Shown one piece after another: positions 11,554-23,447 of a stretch of 64,000 nucleotides of DNA. Position numbers and translations under genes: made by a program. The stretch covers positions 54,188,001-54,252,000 of the forward strand of contig OX597814.1 of NCBI GenBank assembly GCA_951406725.2, given 5' to 3'. The stretch is from Octopus vulgaris (Eukaryota). Each line of letters starts with the position of its first letter. Within the stretch, counting starts at the first letter, position 1. The notes under the pieces are model-generated. The model ran no database searches, had not been told where the DNA came from, and worked only from the letters and a program-made list of their open reading frames with translations.

Positions 11554-11732
11554 AGAGTTTACGAAAAAACAAAACACGAAGACAGGTGGTGTATAAAACA
11601 AACAGATGTATTAGTATAATGCTCAGGAATAGAAAAAGTCTTTTACGTTTCGAGCCTACGCTCTTTCTACAGAAAGGGACACAGAAAAAACAAGGAGAGA
11701 AAAAAATGTGTGTAGTGGCTAACAATCTATCA
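11551..11732 (-). mobile_element. ~180-bp hammerhead-bearing element embedded in (TA)n
   Basis: (TA)n on both sides; minus strand CTTT-CTGTAGA-AA-GAGC-gtag-GCTC-GAAA-CG-TA-AAAG at 11640-11676. Confidence 0.7.
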
Positions 11733-11750
11733 TATATATATATATATATA

Positions 11751-14131
11751 GGAGGCTGGGCGACAGGTATACATAGCTAAGGGCGAAGCAGAAAAAAGTT
11801 TGCCAATGTCCAGCGATGTGAGGACCAAAGAACTGAAGTATTCCGGATTGCAAGACAGTGTGCGAGAGAAAATTGTGATGTCACAGGAGAGAAATGTGTC
11901 TGCATGGATGATGGTGCACTGCTTTTAATGATTCGGAAAAGAAAGAGGCTTGGAGAAGCCATTATGAAAGACTGCTGAACGTGGAGAATGAATGGGAGGA
12001 GGAGAGCCTGTTAAATGTTGATCCAGTAGAGGGGCCAGCTATCCAAATAGACAGCAACCAGGTAGATAAAGCAATTAAGGGTATGAAGTCAGAAAAAGCT
12101 CCCGGGCCATCAGGAATCACCGCTGGGATGCTTAAAACATCCGGTGGTGTGGGCTATAGCCTAGTCACCCGTATTGTAAACCAGGTAGTTGATGATAGAG
12201 TCATACCCAATGACTGGCACAGCAGCACCATAGTCAACTGCTACAAAGGTAAAGGTGGTGCTTTAGATAGAAATAACTACAGGGGTATCAAACTGCTGGA
12301 TCAGGTGATGAAGGGAGAGAGTCTGCTTAGATGAGATGCAGTTCAGTTTTGTGACAGGTAGAAGCACCACTGATGCTATATTCCTGGTACAGCAACTGCA
12401 GGAGAAATACCTAGCCAAAGATAAACCCCTATATTTGGCTTTTGTGGACATGGAGAAAGCCTTTAACAGGGTCCCTCGATCCCTTATGTGGTGGGTGATG
12501 TGGAAACTGGGGATTGATGAATGGTTAATAAGGGCTGTACAGGCCCTATACAGAGATGCTGTTAGTAGGGTTAGGATTGGAAATGAGTATAGTGAAGAAT
12601 TCCAGGTAGAAGTATGGGTCCAAGGATCAGCCCTCAGCCCCTTCTTATTCATCATTGTCCACCAGGCAATAACAGAGGAATTCAAGACAGGTTGCCCCTG
12701 GGAGCTCCTCTATGCTGATGACCTGGCCCTCATAGCAGAATCACTACCAGAACTAGAGAAGAAACTTCAAGTGTGGAAGCAAGGTTTAGAATCGAAGAGC
12801 CTTAGAGTCAATGTTGCAAAGACCAAAGTTCTAGTAAGTAGGAAGGCGAACACATCACACACCCCTTCAGGTAGGTGGCCCTGCTCGATCTGTAGAGAAG
12901 GTGTAGGTAGAAACTCCATAAGATGTACCCAGTGTAAACTATGGACACATAAGAGGTGCAGCAACATCAAAGGAGGATTAACAGGGAAGATAGTTTTCAT
13001 GTGCAGCAGATGCCCAGGGGCAATAAACATCACAGATGCTCAGAAAACAGACTCCATCACATGCCAGAAGGAGAAACTAGAAGTAGTTGATAGCTTCCGC
13101 TACCTAGGTGACCAAGTCTGTAGTGAAGGTGGATGCTCAGAGAGTGTTAGCACTAGAATAAGAATAACCTGGGCAAAGTTCAGAAAGCTTCTACCCCTAC
13201 TGGTGACAAAGGGCATCTTGCTCAGAGTGAAAGGCAGATTGTATGATGCATGTGTGTGAACTGCCATGCTTCATGGCAGTGAAAGATGTGCCGTGACTGC
13301 TGAATACATGCGTAGGCTCAAAAGAAATGAAGCCAGCATGATCTGAAGGATGTGTAATGTCAGTGTGCACACATGACAGAGTGTAAGCGCCCTGAGATAA
13401 ATGTTAGACATGAGAAGCATAGGATGTGGAGTGCAAGAGAGATGTTTGCGTTGGTATGGTCATGTACGGCAGATGGACGAGGAGAGCTGTGTGAAGAAGT
13501 GCCACTCCCAAACAGTGGAAGGAATCTGGGGTAGAGGGAGACCCAGGAAGACATGGGATGAGGTGGTGAAGTATGACCTTCAAACATTGGGCCTCACAGA
13601 GGCAATGACAAAAGACTGAGACCTCTGGATTTATGCTGTGACTGAGAAGACTCAGCAAATAAAGTGAGTCCACAGCTGTAACCTACACCAGTGTCACATA
13701 ACCAGCCCACTCAAAAGTACCTTGGATTATAGGGAGACATGCTGTACTTGAGGAAGCCTATTGACTCAAGTACATCTACATCAATATCAAAATCAAATCA
13801 AATGGAAATTGTAGTATGACCCCCGTGCTGGTAGCATGTAAAAAGCACCATCTGAATGTGGCTGAAGGCAGTGCCACTTTGACTGGCCGTTGGTATGTAA
13901 AAAGCACCATCCAATCATGGTCAATGCTAGCTCCTTTGGCCCATGTTGGTAGCACATAAAAAGCACCCACTACACTCTTGGAGTGGTTGGTGTTAAGAAG
14001 GGCATTCAGCTGTAGAAACACTGCCAGATCAGACAGGGGCCTGGTGCAGCCTCCTGGCTTCCCAGACCCTGTTGAGCTGTCCAACCCATGCCAGCATAGA
14101 AAATGGACGTTAAACGAAGACGATGATGATG
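11751..14131 (+). mobile_element. 5'-truncated RTE-clade LINE
   Basis: KAPGPSG, NYRGIKLL, RSTTDAIF, AFVDMEKAF, QGSALSPFLF, LYADD, FRYLG, LRWYGHV, RGRPRKTW; 3' UTR ending gttaaacgaa(gat)n; deletion near 12316 and in-frame stops. Confidence 0.95.
12336..13259 (+). pseudogene. RTE reverse transcriptase ORF fragment with embedded C4HC3 zinc finger
   Basis: 307-aa ORF with YADD and CSIC-x10-CTQC-x4-H-x2-C-x14-CSRC. Confidence 0.92.
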
Positions 14132-14132
14132 A

Positions 14133-14178
14133 TATACATACATACATACACACAGACACACACACACACACACACACA

Positions 14179-14220
<42 letters not shown>

Positions 14221-14229
14221 CACAGATAT

Positions 14230-14261
<32 letters not shown>

Positions 14262-14453
14262 GTGTATATATATACAGACACAGATATATATATATATACA
14301 TACATACACACACACACATATATATATATATACATACATACACACACACACACATATATATATATACATACACACACACACATATATACATACATACACA
14401 GATATATATATATATATATACATATATATAGATATATATATATATATATACAT

Positions 14454-14484
<31 letters not shown>

Positions 14485-14598
14485 CATACATGCACAGATA
14501 TATATATATATATATATAGATAGATGCATACATATATACATACACACACAGAAATACATATAGATACATACACACAAATTTATATATATACATACACA

Positions 14599-14641
<43 letters not shown>

Positions 14642-14700
14642 CTGTGTGTATGTGTTTATATATATACAAACACATACACAAATACATTCACACATACATA
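14133..14700. repeat. Compound (TA)/(CA) microsatellite
   Basis: Directly visible. Confidence 0.95.
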
Positions 14701-14705
14701 CATTT

Positions 14706-14930
14706 GGTACACTCCTCTGTTGTAGATGACAGATGAGGGTTCTGTAATTTCTTGCTGAACAACCTACACAGATGATTTGTTTATAGTGATCAAATGTTTG
14801 CCCTGCACATGAGCTCATTCCCTTCATCAAGTCAACATTGTCTGTACAGGTGTGTTGTGTGCCACATGTCAGACGTTGAAGTGATCGCAGAGCAACATGA
14901 AATAAAACAAAGTGTTTTTCTGAAAAACAT
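14706..14930 (-). mobile_element. SINE-like repeat, family D
   Basis: Reverse-complement homolog of 6625-6840 (gcagagcaacatgaaat, gtgccacat, gctgaacaacct). Confidence 0.65.
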
Positions 14931-15031
14931 AAATTACTGCCTGCTCTAGTAAAATCAAGATCATGTTCTTTCAATCATGAATGCAACACTAAGTACTAGG
15001 CCATACATGTGTGTATACAAATATATATGCT

Positions 15032-15127
<96 letters not shown>

Positions 15128-15249
15128 GACCATCCCCAAGTATAACAGTACACAAGCATATATATATGAATATGTCCAACTCATGCCAACAATGAAAATG
15201 GGCGCTAAATGATGATGATGATGACATACACACATATAAACAATTTATT

Positions 15250-15597
15250 ATAAATAAAACCAAGAGTGCAATGCGTTCCATTAATTAACAAGTTAAAAAA
15301 TGTATAGTAAATTCACAAACAAACAGAAAACAGCCACAGAATGGCAAATCTCATGTCAGTTGCCATCAGAAGAGTAACAATATTATTGTTAAAGGCACGA
15401 AATTGCCTTTTGACCCTTTAGCCGATAATTGGTGAGGAGTTGGTGACCTTCTGTGTTTGTTTTTCTGTTCATCTGTTCATTTACTATGTGTTTTTCAACT
15501 TGCCATTTTATGTCTGTTTCCATTCGTTTGTGCATTTACTATACATTTTTTTAACTTATTAATAAACAGAATGCATTGCACCTTAGGTTTTATTTAC
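15250..15597. repeat. ~100-bp imperfect inverted repeat element
   Basis: 15251-15349 pairs with 15498-15597, e.g. aagttaaaaaatgtatagtaaat versus atttactatacattttttaactt. Confidence 0.8.
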
Positions 15598-15656
15598 AGT
15601 AAGTTGTTTATATATTCATGCAACTTCTATTTCTATCCTTTCTTCTTTATTCCTTT

Positions 15657-16087
15657 TGTAACAGGATGAGAGATCCCTGCACTGGATGAGTGCAGCTCGC
15701 ATCCTTTACATTAAATATTAATCGAAGAAAGAGTCAAGACTTCCGATTAACTTCAACAGTATAAATATTTACTTCCGGATTCGCAATATAAACATTTCCT
15801 TCCTCTGGGTGACTCGGCAGCCTAGGAGCTTATTGGCAGTAGACAAGTGGAGTGAGTTAATCCTGCTCGTTCAAGCATAGCGGAGAAGCGCCATGAGGTA
15901 GCAGCTCGAGAGAGCTGATGCAGACACGTCTGTCTTGTTCAGTTGCTGGCATCCAAGAGAGCGATACTAGAGAATTTTGCTGCTGCTAGTTTTCTGCGCA
16001 TGCGCATGAGGGAACTTCCGGCAGGCCTCTCGGAAGGCTCAAACCCTGCACATGCATGCTGGAGATTTCCAAGATGGCGTCACAACA
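15657..16087 (-). mobile_element. Solo LTR (probably Gypsy/BEL type)
   Basis: TGT...ACA termini, 4-bp direct repeat CTTT on both sides, GC/CpG-rich relative to flanks; strand inferred from motif layout. Confidence 0.7.
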
Positions 16088-16439
16088 CTTTTTTTTCTCT
16101 GTTTCATTCTCTTTCTCCTCTACCCTCTGTCCGTTACCTTTTTCCTCCTTTCTACCACTGACACGTGACCCATGGTCAACCTCTTTTTTTTTTCTCTCTT
16201 TATCCTTCCTCTTTTCCTCTTTTACACAGGCTTCTGAAGCAAATGGTCATAGATTCTCTAGTCTCCACTTCAACCTGTTTTACTGTCTGTTACCCTTCTG
16301 TTTCCAATCCTTTAAGACTTCCCTCTTAGCATTAGCCATACATCATCTTCATCTAGCTCTAAGGTTACATTCTGTTTATCTATTTATTTCATTTTTGTCC
16401 TTCATCTGTTCACTTAGAGAATAATGCTCCATCTTTATC

Positions 16440-16745
16440 AACAATACAAAAGTGGGGTGCTGAATTTAGGAGGGGAAGGGAAAATCTTGAAGATGTTCCA
16501 AAGTCTGGACACCCTGCAACTACCACCACCAAAGAAAACATTGATCATGTTCACCACAAGGTGATGGACTACAGGCAGTTGACTATAAATCAAATAGCCA
16601 ATGCTATTAGCCTATCTCATGAGAGAGTTGAGGATATTCTGCACAACAAACTTGGCATCATGAAGGTTTCTGCTTGGTTGGTACCACATATTCTGACACC
16701 TGATGAGCAGCACACCAGGCTAATCACATCACAGGAAAATCTGCC
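16440..16745 (+). pseudogene. Mariner transposase N-terminal fragment
   Basis: KWGAEFRRGRENLEDVPKSGHP...ILHNKLGIMKVSAWLVPHILT (WVPH-type motif). Confidence 0.85.
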
Positions 16746-16804
16746 ATTACTTGTTGATCCTACCTTAGCAGCACAGTAAACTACACACACATGCACACAC
16801 ACAG

Positions 16805-18075
16805 ATTGAGAGAGTGAGATTCACACATGTCCTGCAATGTAAGGATCAGAGCCCTGAAGTGTTTAGGATTGTTAGGCAGTGTGTGAGAAAGAACTGAGAT
16901 GACAGTGTCGAGAAATATATTTGGAATGATAAAGGCATACCATTGATATGGAAGATGAGAAAGTGGCATGGGAGTCCTATTATGAGAAGCTGTTGAGAGT
17001 GGAAGATGCATGGGACAGAGGGAAGCTTCTTCATGCTGACCTTACAGAGGAAATTATAAAGGAATTAAATTAGTGGATAAGCTTATGAAGGTCATTAAGA
17101 GAGTTATAGTACAATTAATCTGTGACAGTAGATCTAGGTGAGATGCAGTTTGGCATCTCATCTAGAAGAGGTACTATGGATGCAATATTCCTAATGAGGC
17201 AACTGAAGAAGTACTTGGCTAAGGGTAATCTACTATTCTTGGCATTTGTCGACTTGGTGAAGGCATTTGACAGGGTACCATATTCAGTAATTTGGTGGTC
17301 ACTAATGAATCTAGGTGTAGATGAATGGTGTGTGAGGTTTGTATAAGCCATGTACAAAGATGGAAGAAATAAAGTGAGAGTTAATAAACTTCAGTGACAA
17401 ATTTATCATAAAGGCAGGAGTCATTCTAGACTCGATCTCATGTTGTGTCTTATTCCTCTTAGTTATACAGGCAATTGTAGAGTAGTGTAAGACTGGCTGT
17501 CCATGGGGGACAATTGTAAGGTGATCTAGTTCACATAGCTGAATCTATAGGAGAATTAGAGAGGAAATTCCAAGCATGGAAGCTAAACCTAGAATCAAGA
17601 GGTCTTAAGGTAAACTTGGCAAAGACAAAGGTTTTAGTATGTAGGAAATATAGGACCCTGGCCTCTGTGAAATGGCCCTGCTCAATATGCAGAAAGAGAG
17701 TTGGCATAAGCGCCATATGCTATAACTATTGTAAGCTATGGACATATAAGAGATGTTGTGGAATCACAGACAGACTAATAGAGAATGTGCATTTCATATG
17801 TGATAGATGCACTGGAGCAGGACATACAATAAGCACACTGGAAATAGATTATTTTAAATGCCCTGATGACTCACTAAAAGTAGCTGATAGCTTTTGTTAC
17901 TGAGGAAGTGCAGTTAGCTAGGAGGTGGGTGCTCTAAAAGTATAGCAACCAGGATAAGAACAAGCTGGGAGGAAATTCAGGGAGCTACTAATGCTGCTGG
18001 CAATGAAGGTCTTATCTCTCAGAGTGAAGGCACATTGTATGACACATGTTTTAGAACTGCAATGCTGTATGCCTC
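16805..18075 (+). pseudogene. Older, heavily decayed RTE LINE
   Basis: MQFGISSRRGTMDAIF, AFVDLVKAFDRVP, KWPCSICRK...CDRC; collinear with 11810-13270. Confidence 0.9.
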
Positions 18076-18753
18076 TCTCTGACTAATGTGCTTGTCAGAT
18101 AGATAGGTGGATAAGGTGGTTAACTGGTTTCCTCAAATGTGTGTTGCAAATTGTTTGATCAGTTGCATCACAGAACTCCAGGAGCCATACACCCTCATCA
18201 TTGTTGGCTCCATATCCATAGCCTCCATGTATGTCATGGAGGCCACAGTGTGTTGGTCAACATGACCTTGAAGTTGCAGTCAATTGTCACTGAGGTAGTT
18301 TGTAAAAGACGTCCTCTGTCAATCCTGCCTGTGGGGCATATGTAGAGATAACTATCACTGCTGAGTTGCTTATAATTAGTTTTTACTTCATTATCTTATC
18401 ACACACCCTGATTATCTCAACTTCTTTTTCTATCCATTTATCAGCTCAGAGCATACCTACTCTACTCTTACTGTCATTATTACTTCCCCAGAAAAATTGC
18501 TGTCATTTGCTTGTGAAGTATTTAGTTGAGGATCCTTTCAACTTACCTCTTGCACACATTCACTCATCTCTGCTCCAGTATTTCCACAATCTCATCAGAC
18601 CTATCTTTCATCATGTCTAAGTTTATGGCTAAGCTCAAAAGTTTTTGAATCCACAGGAAGATGGAATGAATCTTCAGTGGGAAGGCTGTTTGTTAGTTGC
18701 TTTATAACTCTATAATGATGTCTGTATCTGTGAGGAATAAGAATGGTTGAACC

Positions 18754-19512
18754 CAGAGCTGGGCATAAGTCCATTAATCCGTTAATTGTTAATTAATGAA
18801 GTTAACATTTTCGTTAATGATTTAACTTTTAAGTTAATTTTGAAAATCATTATTGGACTAATTAACTCCCGTTACATTTAGCTTCCATTAACTCAAGTCT
18901 GTTAACCCAAAAATTTCATGAAAACTGGTAAATGTTTAAAAGTTTTTATTGTTTTCAGATTGTCTTAGCATATTTAATATTGTATGTATCATTCTTTCAA
19001 CCCCAATATAATGCCACCTATTATTATTAATAACTTGTAGGACCTTGTTTGGCCCTGCCTGGATTTGAAACCAAATCCACCCAGTTGTTGCTTGCAAAGA
19101 CAGCAGGAAATTTCTTTTTCCTGTCAAGAGGGAACAGTGATTGATCCATGACCTTGCTGTGTCACAGAGAGTTCAAATGGACAGCAAGTGACCTACATTA
19201 GTATAAACTATGCATATAATGGTATAGCCATCTTTCTAGCTGGAATTTAATTATTATAAATGCCAGTACTCTGTAAGCGAGAAATCAGAGAGAATCTTGA
19301 CAGACACAATGTGAATGAGGTAGCAGTTTGAGGAAGTGGGCAGCAACAACGAAGAGGTGGAGGATGACTCCTTCAGTGGTATCACCCAACAAAAAGAGAG
19401 CCGAAGCCACAGGTCACTGAAGGACAAGGCCCAGAATTTAGTAAAGACCTATTTGGTTAATGGATTAATGATTAATGAAGTAAAATTTTTCAATTAACGG
19501 TGCCCACCTCTG
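18754..19512. mobile_element. Non-autonomous hAT element
   Basis: TIRs CAGAGCTGGGCA / TGCCCACCTCTG; 8-bp target duplication GTTGAACC / GTTGTACC; subterminal TTAA-rich repeats. Confidence 0.85.
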
Positions 19513-19807
19513 GTTGTACCATGGTTTTCTGGCAATTAGTAAATTTACACACACTATTATATTTTGCTCTCATTTAATTTACCATCCTTTATTCGTTCAT
19601 CAATACTTGCTGCATCTGCCACTAGAAGTGTAATTTACAACTATTACGAATAAGCATTCTTAATTTTTTAAACATTACCACTATTAGGGATGTTAAGGTT
19701 ATGTCTACAGATATTTAAAGCCAGCACTGATTTTTATTACAGAATATCTGTAGAAATAACCTTAACAAGTGATGTAAAGTACACTGCTAACACAGTAAAA
19801 CATGGTA

Positions 19808-20844
19808 TCTCTTATTATAAAAGGCAGATTTTATCTGCCTCCCTTTGTCTCTTATAGAAATCTACAATATAGGATTTCTTCAATTACAATTTACCTAGCA
19901 TTTTTAAGAGTAGAATGCATCGGGTCATGCCAGGTCCAGCTTTTAAAATTTCAACCCCAATTAAGCAAAATTTAGAGAAAACTCACATTGTGGTGTGTGA
20001 GTCAAGTGCTTTTCTTAGTATGGGCTATAGCACACACACACACACAAAAAGGGAGCGATCTGATTCACTCATGCTATCACTCTAATTTCTACGACTTTCT
20101 CTTTGCAAGTTTGCAACGATTAAAGTGAAACTATTTCGATAAAACGAGAAGTGTACCTTAAACCACTACTAAAAAAAAAAAAAAACACAGCAAACAGAAA
20201 CAAATAAATACATAACGATTTACTCTTCACACAATTTCTTCAATTAGAGTTTACCCATGATTTTTCAAAGTACTTCCATTGGGTCATGCCATACAAAATT
20301 TCTTTCAATTTTACCCCCAATTCAGACAAAATTCGAGAAAACTCAATATTTTAACATTTCACTCCGAAAGCATTGATGTACATGTGTGCGTGCGTGAGTG
20401 TGTGTGTGTCATTCCTCACACACACGCATACACATACATATATGACAGTGACAAACACAAACGTTTCAAACAACTACATACAAACACGTGTGTGTTTGTT
20501 ATTAGTAAAAAAGGCACCAAAACACAACTCACTTCTCATTCCAACACATTTGCAAAGACACACGGACGGTCGAATTGCTATAACAATACAGAAAAGGTAA
20601 ATTGGTTTTTATTTTACTTTCTGTCGTTAAATTTTGGGAGTATTAATTGGAGAGCCGAGCTTGCAGTATGAAACAGTGTTTATGTATAAACAGACGACAC
20701 TTATATATATATATAAATGTATGCATCCATTTAAAAGAAAAACCAAAAAATATTTTATTCTTTATAAATGTTGTGTTCAAAATAACATTTTCTTTTAAGA
20801 ATGTGTATATAACAAAGTATGTGTATATAACTATGTGGCTTATA
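19808..20844 (+). mobile_element. Probable non-autonomous Helitron 5' portion
   Basis: A|TCTCTTATTATAAAA start; internal repeat atttcttcaatta...gggtcatgcc near 19874 and 20234; no CTAG end of its own seen. Confidence 0.5.
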
Positions 20845-21366
20845 TCTTCTATATATATATAAAACTGTAGTTGTGTGAGTGTCTGTCTCCTACGATTTAG
20901 ATTCCTAACTCCTCCCACATTTTGCGGTGCAGTTTAACCAAATTCGGGTATCTTATAGTCGTGATTAATATCGAGCCCGTCTGGCTATTAGCGCGCGTCT
21001 ACGATGAGTCTACGATTTTAAAAATAATTTAACATCATTTTTTATTCCATTTTAATGCATAATTTTTCGTGTGTCGATGGCGGCGGAGTTGGCGTCCACG
21101 CTCAAACACCTGCACCTGTGTTTGCTTCTCCTCCTTCTTCCCTCCTTCGTGAAGCTGTGGGGAAGGGATTTTAAGGAAATCAACGTCGTAATGCGTTGTC
21201 AAGGAGACCAGCGTTCTTTTAGAACAACGACTTCATGGCTTGAAGACACCAAAACAGAAATGGCTAAGAAAGCCCGAATTGGCATCTATAAGGGAAGTAA
21301 CTCTCTAAAAATGCTTATATAGTTATTTCCCTTACAAACCCGAGCAACGCCAGATGATACTGCTAG
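20845..21366 (+). mobile_element. Non-autonomous Helitron
   Basis: A|TC start; 3' end cccgagcaacgccagatgatactgCTAG|T. Confidence 0.8.
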
Positions 21367-21761
21367 TTATATATAAAAGTGAAGTTGTGTGTCTGTCTCC
21401 TACGATTTAGATTCCTAACTACTCCCACATTTTGTGGTGCAGTGTAACCAAAACCGGGTATCTTATAGTCGTGATTCATATCGAGCCCTTCTGGGTATTA
21501 GCGTGCGTCTACGATGAGTCTACGATTTAAAAAAAATTTACCATCATATTTTTCCATTTTAATGCATTTTTTTCGCTATTATGTAAGGGAAGTAACTCTC
21601 TAAAAATATCTACGATGTGTCAACGATTTAAAAAAAAATTTACCTTAATTTTTTTTCCATTTTTAATGCATTTTTTTGCTATTTTTTTGCTATAACTCTC
21701 TAAAAATGCTTATATAGTTATTTCCCTTACAAACCCGAGCAACGCCGGGCGATACTGCTAG
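21367..21761 (+). mobile_element. Second tandem non-autonomous Helitron
   Basis: Same 5' body as 20845; 3' hairpin CCCG-agcaacgc-CGGG then CTAG|T. Confidence 0.85.
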
Positions 21762-23218
21762 TTGACTTATAAAAGCTTTGAATATACTTTATAGTATATT
21801 ATGGTTGCATAATAAAATACCACATCCCTAAAAGTCATTAACTGTTAGTGGTGTTTGCTATATCTTTTTATTACTATGCTGATATAAGGGAAACAGTTGG
21901 GCAAGAGAGAAAAGAAAGATTTCCAGTAGAAGTGGTTGGAATGGAAATGAGTGGGCACATTGTGATCAAACAAGCTGAAGACATTCATGAGTGAGATGAA
22001 ATAGTCAAATGCAAACTGCAAATTTCCATGGGAGAATGAAATATTTAAACTTTTCTGAGAGAGACAAAATATTAAAGAATACAGCAGGTGAGCAACTATT
22101 TTTATGAGAGAAAGAAACATTAATAAAAGGAAGAAACAGGACTACGTAAGATTAAAGGAGACAAAGGTGTCTATGGCACATTAGAATGCAAGATAGTATG
22201 TGAATAAATGGCAGAAATTAAAGCTAGGTAAACAGAGATTGTTATATATTTATATATGTGTGTGTGTGTGTGCATATATATAAATATATATATAGTCACT
22301 ATGAGGATATTTAGACCTCTTACAGGGATATTTGATGAAACAGTTGTTGGTGAAAATGTTAATTAATAAATTAACTTGTATCCACTGGATCTGTCTGTTT
22401 TCAAACTTTATATATGTGTGTGTGAATGTGTGTGTATGCATGTGTGTATGTGCATAAATATATGTCGTGTGTGTGTGTGCATACACACACATTGAAAATA
22501 TAACATTGCTATTATGTTAAACTATCATATATCCAAATCTAGCTAAATGTGTTTTTTTTCAATATTTACTTTTGTATACAAATAGCCAGTTCTTTTAGTC
22601 AAATTATTGTATCTCCAGCTGCTTCAGATGCCAAGATATGAAAATTGTCAAAGTGTAGTACAATGGTTTTGCTATGGAATGGTGGAGCTATTTTCTCGTT
22701 TTCTGAAAAAGCAACATTTTGGACTTACAACACTTTTGCATAATATCAACGATAACAATTGAAGCAGGATGCCAAAAAGTATCAGTGTGGGCTCAAGGAG
22801 AAGAGAAAATCTGTAAGACTAAATGTTATTTATCTCAACTATTTCCAATGACTAATCAGATTAAAGATTTAGACAAAGAGAAGACATGGAGTAGGGAGTA
22901 GAGATTATAAGAATGTAAGACGAACAATAAAGAAAGTTAGTCATAATTACCGTCAATGAGCAGGAATGTCAACTACTGAAACTTAACAAAATGCTTCATG
23001 TATTTCTGAATATACTTATGGTTTTGTTCGTCATTTCAGCTCACCACTAACTACCAATGTAACACAACACAATATAATGGTGTCAGATGAATATATTAAA
23101 ACCTACGAAACATGCAAACTGAAACCAACTCATGTGATTATGTTAGCATTTTGGATTATCATGTTTTTAGTTTTGAGTCTTAATTTAACAATGTCAAGCT
23201 GACACATGAAAATATTGG

Positions 23219-23447
23219 AACCACCTTTCGTTACTCAATTTGTTTTGAGATGTTCTGTGTTTCTTTCAATTATTTTAAATATAACAAAGAATTTAATAAA
23301 ATAACTTAGTTATCATTAAGCTAGTGATAGGAACATAAATTGTGACTAAGGTTTGGTGGAAGATTTTAATTCAGAACTTTTGAAAACAAGACATTTGTAC
23401 TACAGAGCCAGAGCTGGTTTCAGCCAGGTTGGTAAGGAAAGGGTTAA
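23219..23447. mobile_element. piggyBac-like MITE
   Basis: Ends AAAGGG|TTAA; reverse-complement homolog at 54664-54891. Confidence 0.6.

Noticed and set aside
11081-11725. Long ORFs rich in YI/CV/HT (also 13776-15281 and 44575-45130)
   Set aside because: They are translations of dinucleotide microsatellites, not proteins.
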